Shown piece by piece: positions 49,729-58,408 of a stretch of 64,000 bases of DNA. Source of the stretch: Fidelibacterota bacterium (GTDB taxonomy: Bacteria; Fidelibacterota; Marinisomatia; Marinisomatales; Marinisomataceae); NCBI GenBank assembly GCA_965212055.1, contig OZ243041.1:896001-960000 (forward strand), read 5' to 3'. The translations under genes were made by a program, and so were the position numbers. Each line of letters opens with the position of its first letter. The stretch's first letter is position 1. The notes below the pieces were generated by a model. The model was not told where the DNA came from and searched no databases. It saw only the letters and a program-made list of their open reading frames with translations.

Positions 49729-50822
49729 AATGACATTACTTTTTTTGCTAAATCAATAAAAATATTTTTGATTTCAGAATCTTCTTCTTGGAAAACAATA
49801 GGATTGCCACTATCAATAGATTGCATTAAATCATTCGAATATGGAATCTCAGCTAAAAATGGAATATTTAATCTTTTACTTTCGTCTAAACCGCCACCTT
49901 TTTTAAAGAGATGGAATTTTAATTGAAATGAACCATCTTTTTCCACTGGAATTTTTTCATCATTAACAACAATATGGGAATCTGAATTATTAACAACTGT
50001 ACCATCAATATTCATATAAGACATGTTTTCAACCACTCCTAACAAATCTGTCTCTACTTTTCTAAACATATCAGCGCCTTTTCTTACATCTGCTAGCGCA
50101 ATATCATTTGGTGTGGTTACAATAATTGCACCATCAAGTGGTATTTTTTGCGAAAGCGTTAACTGAACATCACCAGTTCCTGGTGGAAGATCAAGAATTA
50201 AATAATCTAAATCTCCCCATACAACATCTCTAAAAAATTGTTCAGTCATTTTTGCTACCAATGGACCTCTCCATACTACAGGAGCCTGATTTCCACTAAT
50301 AAATCCAAAACTCATTAATTTTAAATTATTTTTCTTAAGTGGGATAATTTTTTTGTTCTCATCAACTTCTGGATTTTCATTAATGCCCATAGTAAGAGGA
50401 AGAGATGGACCATAAATATCTAAATCAAGTAAACCAGTTTTGCAACCAGCATTTGATAGTGCAGCAGCTAAGTTTAATGCAATTGTTGATTTACCAACAC
50501 CACCTTTGCCACTTGCAATTGCAATAATTTTTTTAATATTACCTTCAACATTTCTATCTTTATTTGATGTATCAACAGTTTTACGAGGTGGGCTGTCTAA
50601 TATTTTGATTTTTATATCATAGTCGGTATCATTTAAGGTGTTTTGAATTTCAGCAATTAACTGATCTTTTTTCTTATCATTAGAAGAAGAAACAGATAAA
50701 AACAAGGTTATCGTCTTGTGATCAATAACAATATCTTTTATCATCCCAAAAGAAACAATATCACGATTAAATCCAGGGTAATTAACCGTTTTTAATTTTT
50801 CTAATATTTGATTTTTATCCAT
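49725..50822 (-). CDS. mrp: Mrp/ApbC P-loop NTPase
   Basis: N-terminal DUF59-like segment, ASGKGGVGKST, WRGP, DLPPGTGD, ENMS. Confidence 0.9.
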   Translation of the reverse strand: MDKNQILEKLKTVNYPGFNRDIVSFGMIKDIVIDHKTITLFLSVSSSNDKKKDQLIAEIQNTLNDTDYDIKIKILDSPPRKTVDTSNKDRNVEGNIKKIIAIASGKGGVGKSTIALNLAAALSNAGCKTGLLDLDIYGPSLPLTMGINENPEVDENKKIIPLKKNNLKLMSFGFISGNQAPVVWRGPLVAKMTEQFFRDVVWGDLDYLILDLPPGTGDVQLTLSQKIPLDGAIIVTTPNDIALADVRKGADMFRKVETDLLGVVENMSYMNIDGTVVNNSDSHIVVNDEKIPVEKDGSFQLKFHLFKKGGGLDESKRLNIPFLAEIPYSNDLMQSIDSGNPIVFQEEDSEIKNIFIDLAKKVMSL

Positions 50823-50835
50823 TATAATTCAATTA

Positions 50836-52485
50836 TTAGTTTGGCCAATAAATATATTCATCACCTTTTTTGTATTCTTCTCCAATATGCTTATCAATTA
50901 ATTGTGGTGCATTGAGTGCAGAAGGCCACAAAGAAGCAACTTGTTCTGATTCATGTTTATTGAGAAGCTCTTCAAGAACAATTAATTGCTCTGGGTGAGA
51001 AGAAGCAAGGTTGGTTGTTTCTGTTGGATCTTCATTTAAATTAAATAGCCATTTTTTATCAGGTTTATCTGTTCTAATTAACTTCCAACCTTTATGTAAA
51101 ATAGTTTGGTTATGTCCTTGTTTCCAAAATAATGTCTCATGCGGTATTCCTTGATTGGTGCCATTTACAAATGGCAAGAAGTCTACCCCGTCTAATTTCC
51201 TATCAGTAGGAATATTGGCAGTTGCTGCAGCTGCAATCGTATGAAAAATATCAGTATGATGAACTGGGGGTGTAAATGTAGTTCCTGGTTTAATTTTGTC
51301 TGGCCACTTTGCCATAAAAGGAATGTGAAGTCCTCCTTCAAAATGTGTTAATTTCCAACCCCTATAAGGCTTGTTAATATCAGAAAGCTCTATATAGCTA
51401 GCTCCACCATTGTCGCTTGTAAGAATAATCAAAGTATTGTTCGATAAACCATTTTTTTCTAATGCATCAACAATGCGTCCAACGCTTCTATCAAGTGCTT
51501 CAATCATGCCAGAGTAGACTTGCATATTATGGTTCATATTTTGATGAGCAAATAAATCAAAATCACTTTTTAATGATTGTAATGGATTATGGACTGCCCA
51601 ATGACCTAAATAAAGAAAAAATGGTCTATTTTTGTTGTTTTCTATCACTTGTATCGCTTCATCTGTATAATAATCAGTAAGATATCCTCCGGGAGCAAAA
51701 CGGGGACCTTTGTTAAATATTGCACTAAATTGACTTCTAGCCCATACCATTTTATCAACACCATAATCAAATTTTGCATTTACAACATTCTCATCGTTTT
51801 CAGGCAAATAAAGGCTCCCATCCAAAATCAAACTATCATCAAATCCATTATCATTTGGAAGGCTTCCATCTACTCGCCCTAAATGCCACTTCCCAATATG
51901 CGCTGTATAATAGCCTGCCTCTTGTAATATTTCAGCAATAGTAATCTCTTCACTAGGAAAGCTTGCAGTAAAGATATCCTTTGACATTGGAGCAAGTTTT
52001 TCATCTATCTCTATTTTAAGCTCTGGATCATCAATATCATCGATCCATTGAAATAATGTCAAAGCTTGTGGGTAAATTGGGGTAAACTCAAATCCAAATC
52101 GAGTTGAATATCGACCCGTCATAATTGATGCCCTAGCTGGTGCACATATCGCATTTGCAGCATAACCATTTTCAAATAACACACCATCATGTGCAATTGC
52201 ATCAATGTTTGGTGTCATTAAAGATCCGTCTGCAGCACCGCCGTTGTATAGAGAAACATCATTAAACCCTAAATCATCAGCAAGAATTAAAATAATATTA
52301 GGCCTTGTATCGTTTATTGTTTTTGAATCAGGACCTTTTTGCCAATTTGAAGAGCCTACAGATAAAACTGGATTTGTAATATCTAAAATTTTTGGGAGTG
52401 CCCAGACCACAATATTTACCCTATTATTCCAAATAACAAATGACAATACAAGAAAAAATGTAAGGGTGCTTAATAATCGTTTCAT
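50836..52485 (-). CDS. Cys-type (formylglycine) sulfatase with N-terminal membrane anchor
   Basis: PNIILILADDLG, CAPARASIMTGR, GKWHLG, SDNG. Confidence 0.93.
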   Translation of the reverse strand: MKRLLSTLTFFLVLSFVIWNNRVNIVVWALPKILDITNPVLSVGSSNWQKGPDSKTINDTRPNIILILADDLGFNDVSLYNGGAADGSLMTPNIDAIAHDGVLFENGYAANAICAPARASIMTGRYSTRFGFEFTPIYPQALTLFQWIDDIDDPELKIEIDEKLAPMSKDIFTASFPSEEITIAEILQEAGYYTAHIGKWHLGRVDGSLPNDNGFDDSLILDGSLYLPENDENVVNAKFDYGVDKMVWARSQFSAIFNKGPRFAPGGYLTDYYTDEAIQVIENNKNRPFFLYLGHWAVHNPLQSLKSDFDLFAHQNMNHNMQVYSGMIEALDRSVGRIVDALEKNGLSNNTLIILTSDNGGASYIELSDINKPYRGWKLTHFEGGLHIPFMAKWPDKIKPGTTFTPPVHHTDIFHTIAAAATANIPTDRKLDGVDFLPFVNGTNQGIPHETLFWKQGHNQTILHKGWKLIRTDKPDKKWLFNLNEDPTETTNLASSHPEQLIVLEELLNKHESEQVASLWPSALNAPQLIDKHIGEEYKKGDEYIYWPN

Positions 52486-52511
52486 ATTTTATTTAATGAC
52501 TATAAAAGAAT

Positions 52512-52814
52512 TTATTCAGGTGCTTCTTGCCCAAAATATTCATAATTGGTTGCAATCTGTGCATGATACTCTTCTGGAACTTCTTCTTCATCATAGATTG
52601 CATCAACAGGGCATTCTGGTTCACACGCTCCACAATCAATACATTCTTCTGGGTTAATATAAAGCTGTTTCCCTGTTGCATCAAAATCAGGGTCTTTTGC
52701 TTCTTCTCCAGCGCCTTCTGGATCATCAGGACCATGGATACAATCAACAGGGCATACTTCTGTGCATGCCGTATCACATGTACCTACACAAGGATCTGTA
52801 ATGATATAAGTCAT
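52512..52814 (-). CDS. Dicluster (7Fe/8Fe) ferredoxin
   Basis: C..TCDTAC..VCPVDC and [12 protein letters not shown]. Confidence 0.93.
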   Translation of the reverse strand: MTYIITDPCVGTCDTACTEVCPVDCIHGPDDPEGAGEEAKDPDFDATGKQLYINPEECIDCGACEPECPVDAIYDEEEVPEEYHAQIATNYEYFGQEAPE

Positions 52815-52825
52815 AATTTTAATGG

Positions 52826-52854
52826 ATTATACGTAGTTTCTTGTGCAAAATCAA
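52826..52854 (-). promoter_or_regulatory. Sigma70 promoter for the ferredoxin gene, possibly driving the downstream mrp-uppS-bamA-lpx run
   Basis: TTGATT-17 nt-TATAAT, 11 nt before the ATG. Confidence 0.65.
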
Positions 52855-52858
52855 TAAC

Positions 52859-54112
52859 ATGCAAAATCAAAAAAATTTTACAACTTTCCTCTGGGGGGCA
52901 CCTTTTATAGGTTCAATTGGAAGATCAGTGTATGATATGGCCATCATTTGGTTAATATTAGATATTACTAATTCTGAAAAGTATACTGGATTAATAGCAA
53001 TGACAGCTTATCTTCCGGCTATATTTTTTGGACTATTTATTGGTGCTGTTGTTGATATGTATTCAAAAACAAAGGTTATGGCATTTGCAACTTTAATGCA
53101 GGCGGTTGCAGTATTGGGGGTTCCATTATTTTTATTATTTGATATAAGGCTTGCATGGATTATTATGATTCTTGCTATTTTTCATAATAGTTTTTCGCTC
53201 CCATTTATACCTGCATTTAATGCATATCTTCCAACCCAAATTAAAAAAGATAAGCTTTTAAAAGCAAATTCGATTGTAAATATTGCATGGCAAAGCGCTG
53301 TCTTTATAGGTCCAATTATTACAGCATATGCATTAACAATCATATCAATTGAGTATATATTTTATGTTACTGTCATATGCTATATAATTACTGCTTTTAT
53401 CATCATTAATGCTCCTAAAGATGAAGTAGACAAAGAAAATATAAATTTTAGTAATATTTTAAAAAAAACCTATCAAGGGCTTATCTATTTAAACAGCAAA
53501 AAAACATTACGTTTTATCATTATTCTAACCATTTTGAGCAACTTATTTGTTATGGGACCTGCTATTGTTGGAATTCCTATATTAGTAAAAATTGCTCTAG
53601 GAGGAACTGTTTCTAATTTTTTTATATGTGAAGCAAGCGTTGGATTAGGCATGTTACTAGGAACAACTTTTGTTTACAATTTTGGTGATCGGTTTACACA
53701 TGGTAAGCTTTTTTTAACTGGGCTCTTTATTGACGGAGCTAGTTTTTGTCTATACTATTTTATTGAAAATATGACTCAAATGTATATTCTATCGTTTTGT
53801 CATGGTATTGGAATTCCTTTATTGATTATTTCTAGAGTAGCGATGATGCAAAAAAATATCCCTGAAAAACTTTTAGGAAGAATTTTTACAATCATTTCAA
53901 TCTCAATTATTAGTATGGCCGCTTTTTCTTCTGGTATTATTGGTTTTTTATCAGACATTGTTAAGAATGCGCAATTTCTTGGAATTGCTGAATTCCCTTT
54001 TGTATCAATACAGAATACTGGGATCCAAACAATATTTTTGCTATTTGGAGTTGGGGCAGGATTATGTGGAATTGTTGGGTTTTTACACCCTAAGATCAAA
54101 CATCTTAACTAA
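52859..54112 (+). CDS. MFS transporter (macrolide-efflux/DHA3-like)
   Basis: About 12 TMs, GAVVDMYSK motif A, IPEKLLGRI. Confidence 0.85.
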   Translation: MQNQKNFTTFLWGAPFIGSIGRSVYDMAIIWLILDITNSEKYTGLIAMTAYLPAIFFGLFIGAVVDMYSKTKVMAFATLMQAVAVLGVPLFLLFDIRLAWIIMILAIFHNSFSLPFIPAFNAYLPTQIKKDKLLKANSIVNIAWQSAVFIGPIITAYALTIISIEYIFYVTVICYIITAFIIINAPKDEVDKENINFSNILKKTYQGLIYLNSKKTLRFIIILTILSNLFVMGPAIVGIPILVKIALGGTVSNFFICEASVGLGMLLGTTFVYNFGDRFTHGKLFLTGLFIDGASFCLYYFIENMTQMYILSFCHGIGIPLLIISRVAMMQKNIPEKLLGRIFTIISISIISMAAFSSGIIGFLSDIVKNAQFLGIAEFPFVSIQNTGIQTIFLLFGVGAGLCGIVGFLHPKIKHLN

Positions 54113-54821
54113 AATCTTTCACAAGACTTACAATTTTATTTCTAACAAGGTCACGGAAATCTTCAATTGATAAATGAGAATAATCGTCTGGGGTAATTGG
54201 ATTTCCAAAAACAGTTTTTAATCGACCTGGCCTAATTATCCAACTTGTCCTAACGTTTGATTTAAAGGCTCCAAGAATTCCAATAGGAACAATAGTTGCA
54301 TTTGTAGCCTTGGCAAAATGAAATCCTCCTTTTTTAAACTCACTCATTTCTCCAGTAATGGTTCGATTGCCTTCTGGTGAAAAAATCATTGAATCTTGAT
54401 CTATAAGTAATATTTTTTCAGCAACTTTAAGTGTGTCTTTTGCTTCATCTGTATTATCATGAGTGATTTGATATGCACCATATCTTTTTGCAAAAAACCC
54501 CCATAAAGGCCATTTAAAGATTCCTTCCCAGCCTATCGCATTAATATAGTATGGGATAGAAGCTCCTAGCATAAATGCATCAAACATAGATTCATGATTG
54601 AACATAAAAAGATAGGGACCCTTACTTTTTGGAGGAACTTGACCGTGAATGGTGTGATACTGCCAACCGCCAAGCAACAATAGCTTACAGCCTAAGTGCA
54701 TAGACCAATAAAAATATCTTGGGTGCATTATATACGACGATACAATACCTGTTATCATCATTAAAATAAAAATAGGTAAAAATAAAAGTAAAATTAAAAA
54801 AGTTATGAGTACGCGTATCAT
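54105..54821 (-). CDS. plsC: 1-acyl-glycerol-3-phosphate acyltransferase
   Basis: NHESMFD, PEGNRT, FKKGGF, IVPI. Confidence 0.88.
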   Translation of the reverse strand: MIRVLITFLILLLFLPIFILMMITGIVSSYIMHPRYFYWSMHLGCKLLLLGGWQYHTIHGQVPPKSKGPYLFMFNHESMFDAFMLGASIPYYINAIGWEGIFKWPLWGFFAKRYGAYQITHDNTDEAKDTLKVAEKILLIDQDSMIFSPEGNRTITGEMSEFKKGGFHFAKATNATIVPIGILGAFKSNVRTSWIIRPGRLKTVFGNPITPDDYSHLSIEDFRDLVRNKIVSLVKDFS

Positions 54822-54832
54822 GGGAATGAATA

Positions 54833-55867
54833 TTAATTTAATTTATCTAAAATCTCTAACATTTTGTAGTTTGCCTTCGGCAATGCAAACTTATCTAATT
54901 GTTTTCTGGTAGTCCATTTATAATTTTGATTTGGCTTTAAGGAAGATATATCATTCACGTCGGCTAAAAACAATGATATCAAAACTTTGAAGTGGCTGTA
55001 TTGATGTTTAATCTGACCTAGATAGTTCGGATTTTTAATAGCAAGATTTGTTTCTTCCATTACTTCTCTAATTACTGCTTTTTTTCTTGATTCGTTGTTT
55101 TGAATCTTTCCCCCAGGAAATTCCCACAAACCTCCAAGCATTGTATCTATTGGACGTTGTAGGATTAACAATTTGTTCTGTTTCCGGATAATACAAGTAG
55201 AAACTTTAATCGTTGGAATAGTCTTTGGTTTTATTGGAGCTGGATAGTCAACAGGATTTAAACTTAGAAAAGCTCTACAAGAATCATTAATAGGGCATAC
55301 TCTACAATTAACAGATTGTGATTGACAAATATTGCTTCCAAGGTCCATTAAAGCTTGATTAAAGTCTCCTGGATTATTTTTATCTTGTATTTTTTCGAGA
55401 AATTTTTTCACCTTATTTTGGTTAAACTTTGATCGCTTCTTTAACCCTAAAAGCCTAAAACCAATACGTTCTAAATTTGTATCAATCCCTACTTGATTTT
55501 TATCAAATGCAATTGCAAGAATGGTCTTTGCAGTATAATCTCCTATTCCAGGAAGTTTAATTAATTCAGAATAGCTATCAGGAAAGTTCTTTTGTACAAG
55601 ATGGGATGTTTTGTAAATATTCTTACAGCGTGAATAATATCCAAGTCCTTCCCAAAGCTTTAATACGTCATTATAGTTAGCTTTGGACAACTTTGTTGCA
55701 TTGGGAAATTTATTAATCCATTTATTATAATATGGAATTACAGTTGAAACTTGCGTTTGCTGCAGCATAATTTCAGAAATCCAAATTTTATAAGGGTCAT
55801 GAGTAGCTCTCCAAGGCAAATCTCTTTTGTTCAGAGAATACCACCTTAGTAGCTTTTTTGAAATCAT
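54833..55867 (-). CDS. mutY: A/G-specific adenine glycosylase with C-terminal Nudix domain
   Basis: SEIMLQQT, WEGLGYYSR, LPGIGDYTA, C-X6-C-X2-C-X5-C. Confidence 0.93.
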   Translation of the reverse strand: MISKKLLRWYSLNKRDLPWRATHDPYKIWISEIMLQQTQVSTVIPYYNKWINKFPNATKLSKANYNDVLKLWEGLGYYSRCKNIYKTSHLVQKNFPDSYSELIKLPGIGDYTAKTILAIAFDKNQVGIDTNLERIGFRLLGLKKRSKFNQNKVKKFLEKIQDKNNPGDFNQALMDLGSNICQSQSVNCRVCPINDSCRAFLSLNPVDYPAPIKPKTIPTIKVSTCIIRKQNKLLILQRPIDTMLGGLWEFPGGKIQNNESRKKAVIREVMEETNLAIKNPNYLGQIKHQYSHFKVLISLFLADVNDISSLKPNQNYKWTTRKQLDKFALPKANYKMLEILDKLN

Positions 55868-55881
55868 AGTCTTTACATTAA

Positions 55882-56892
55882 TTAGCTACAAGTAGTATCG
55901 ATTAGCGCGGCACATGCTTTATAAGGATCTACATTCGACGCAGGTCTTCTGTCTTCTAAATAACCACATCCATCGTTTTGAGTGCCCATTGGTATACGAA
56001 TTGAAGCGCCTCTATCGCTTACTCCATATCTGAATTCACTGATACTGCAAGTTTCGTGTAATCCAGTAAGCCTTTGATCATTATCGGCTCCATATACTGC
56101 AATATGTTTATCAATATTTTGTCCTAGTTTTTCACAAGCCTCTTCAATGACTTTTAGTCCACCAGGTTCTCTCATGGCTACTGTACTATAATTGATATGT
56201 GCTCCGGAACCATTCCAATCGCCTTTAATGGGTTTTGGGTGAAGTTCAACTCTGGCCCCATAATCTTCGCCAATTCTTTCCAACAGCCATCTAGCAACCC
56301 ATAATTGATCTCCAGCTTCTAAAGCTCCCACTGGTCCTACTTGATACTCCCACTGTCCAAGCATCACTTCAGCATTAATACCAGATATTTCAATACCAGC
56401 ATCTAAGCATGCATGCATATGGTCCTCAACAATATCACGACCAGCAACGTCTTCAGATCCAACGCTACAATAATATGGTCCTTGTGGTCTTTCGGGATAT
56501 CCTTCATCGGGCCACCCTAAAGGCTGTTTGCCATCCATTAAGGTATATTCTTGTTCAATTCCAAACCAAGGGTCGTGATCTTTAAACTTTTCTGCCAACT
56601 CTACCAGCGGTGCTCTTGTGTTTGATTTGTGCGGTGAACCATCTGGATTACATACTTCGTTCATTACTAGCACATTGTCCCCACCACGAAGTGGGTCTTT
56701 ACAAAACCAAACAGGTTTTAACATACAATCGCTATCAATTCCTTCAGCTTGAAGAGTGCTAGATCCATCAAACCCCCAACTTGGAAGATCTGAAACCGAT
56801 GAGACTGCATTATCTAATATTTTTGTTTTCGAACGCAAATTAGCGGTAGGCTCATAACCATCAATCCAAATATATTCTGCCATTACTTTCAC
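55882..56892 (-). CDS. glnII: Glutamine synthetase type II
   Basis: 336 aa; AEYIWIDG, LRSKT, WGFDGSST, FGIEQEY, QWEYQVGP, GDWNGSGAH, RLTGLHET, YLEDRRP. Confidence 0.92.
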   Translation of the reverse strand: MKVMAEYIWIDGYEPTANLRSKTKILDNAVSSVSDLPSWGFDGSSTLQAEGIDSDCMLKPVWFCKDPLRGGDNVLVMNEVCNPDGSPHKSNTRAPLVELAEKFKDHDPWFGIEQEYTLMDGKQPLGWPDEGYPERPQGPYYCSVGSEDVAGRDIVEDHMHACLDAGIEISGINAEVMLGQWEYQVGPVGALEAGDQLWVARWLLERIGEDYGARVELHPKPIKGDWNGSGAHINYSTVAMREPGGLKVIEEACEKLGQNIDKHIAVYGADNDQRLTGLHETCSISEFRYGVSDRGASIRIPMGTQNDGCGYLEDRRPASNVDPYKACAALIDTTCS

Positions 56893-56950
56893 AGTATAAT
56901 CCCCTTTTATTAATGTTTTTTATAGGATGAATACCCATTAAATTAAATAA

Positions 56951-57382
56951 ATGAAAAGTAAAAAAGTAAATTTAAATGAAATTTTGGAAAAAATTTCAAA
57001 ACTAGAAGCACGATTAGATGAAATTGCTCCAATCAGCAAGAAAAAATTTCCATCTAAAAAAGAACAAATCAAAGACATAGAAAACAATATGGATATATGG
57101 AGTGAAAAATTTCCATCGATTGATCCTCAGTTTGAACTTGCTAAAATGCTTGACTGGCTTAAAGCAAATAACAAACGCAAGAAAGACTATAAAGCATTTT
57201 TCCGAAATTGGTTAAGAAAAGCATCAAATAGCATTGGTAATGATGCAGGCATAAGTCATTCGTATGTTTTTGGATGTGATACTAAAAAATGTTCAACAGA
57301 AACATCAAAATATAAAGATATGTACTTTTTTTGTGAAGAGTGCAATCAAGAAAAATCAATTATAAAAATAATAAAAAATTAG
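56951..57382 (+). CDS. Hypothetical protein: coiled coil, phage-replication/DnaT-like helical domain, putative Zn ribbon
   Basis: ELAKMLDWLKAN..RKKDYKAFFRNWLRKA; CDTKKC...CEEC. Confidence 0.65.
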   Translation: MKSKKVNLNEILEKISKLEARLDEIAPISKKKFPSKKEQIKDIENNMDIWSEKFPSIDPQFELAKMLDWLKANNKRKKDYKAFFRNWLRKASNSIGNDAGISHSYVFGCDTKKCSTETSKYKDMYFFCEECNQEKSIIKIIKN

Positions 57383-57828
57383 TCTTCTTCTTTTTCTATA
57401 TTAACCTTAAAACTACCTGATAGTTCACTATTAAATTTTACGCCAATTTCATGTAAACCAAGTGTCTTAATGGGAGATTTTAAATCAATATATTTTTTAT
57501 CGATCTTAATATTATTTTGTAATAATAGTTGTTCAATGTCTGCTTTTGTTACAGAGCCAAAAAGTTTTTCATTGTCTTCTGATTTTGCTTTTATAGACAC
57601 TTCTAAACTAGAAAGCTGATTTAATATCTCTGATAAACCTTCTTTTTCGCGTTCAATTTTACGTTCTTGTTGTTTAAGTTCATTTTCAATTTTTGTTAAT
57701 TGATTAGAAGAAAAATTAATAGCTAAACCTTTTGGTAAAAGAAAATTTCTTGCAAATCCAGGTTTAACAATAATGATATCCCCTTCATTTCCTAGTCCTT
57801 CTATGTCTTTAGTTAATATTACTTTCAT
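57379..57828 (-). CDS. rplI: 50S ribosomal protein L9
   Basis: MKVIL, VKPGFARNFLLPKG, KLFGSVT. Confidence 0.96.
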   Translation of the reverse strand: MKVILTKDIEGLGNEGDIIIVKPGFARNFLLPKGLAINFSSNQLTKIENELKQQERKIEREKEGLSEILNQLSSLEVSIKAKSEDNEKLFGSVTKADIEQLLLQNNIKIDKKYIDLKSPIKTLGLHEIGVKFNSELSGSFKVNIEKEED

Positions 57829-57830
57829 TT

Positions 57831-58055
57831 TTAATCTCTATCAATTGCTGCAAAAGGAAGCAAGGCAACATTTCGTGCTCTTTTAATTGCGGTTACTAAT
57901 TTTCGATGCATTTTCATACTTGTTCCAGTAACTCTTCTTGGGATAATCTTGCCTTGATCATTGACAAATTTATTTAGAAGCCTGATATCTTTATAGTCTA
58001 TTTCATGTATATGATTTCTTTTGAAATAACAGGATTTTTTTCTACTAGATAACAT
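57831..58055 (-). CDS. rpsR: 30S ribosomal protein S18 (zinc-free type)
   Basis: [26 protein letters not shown]. Confidence 0.96.
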   Translation of the reverse strand: MLSSRKKSCYFKRNHIHEIDYKDIRLLNKFVNDQGKIIPRRVTGTSMKMHRKLVTAIKRARNVALLPFAAIDRD

Positions 58056-58396
58056 TATTGATTCTCCTTTTCTTTTACTTCTTCTGCTTCTTCTTTCGGG
58101 ACAGGCTTACCGTCAAGTTTAATAATAAGATATTTTAACACTTCTGAATTCAAATTAAGGAATGCTTTAAAATCATTCACAAAACTAGAATCATTAAACT
58201 CTGTATGAAGCAAAACATAATTGCCATACTTTTCTTTATTGATATTGTATGCTAATGGTTTTTTGCCCCAAAAACTATGTTCAATTACTGAATGTTTCTT
58301 AGTTTCAATATGTTGATTAATATCATGAATAATTTCAGATATTTTATCTTTTCCATAATTTGGATTTACAATATATAATATTTCATAATAATTCAT
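58055..58396 (-). CDS. rpsF: 30S ribosomal protein S6
   Basis: [16 protein letters not shown]...GNY. Confidence 0.93.
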   Translation of the reverse strand: MNYYEILYIVNPNYGKDKISEIIHDINQHIETKKHSVIEHSFWGKKPLAYNINKEKYGNYVLLHTEFNDSSFVNDFKAFLNLNSEVLKYLIIKLDGKPVPKEEAEEVKEKENQ

Positions 58397-58408
58397 ATAA
58401 TCTCTCCA

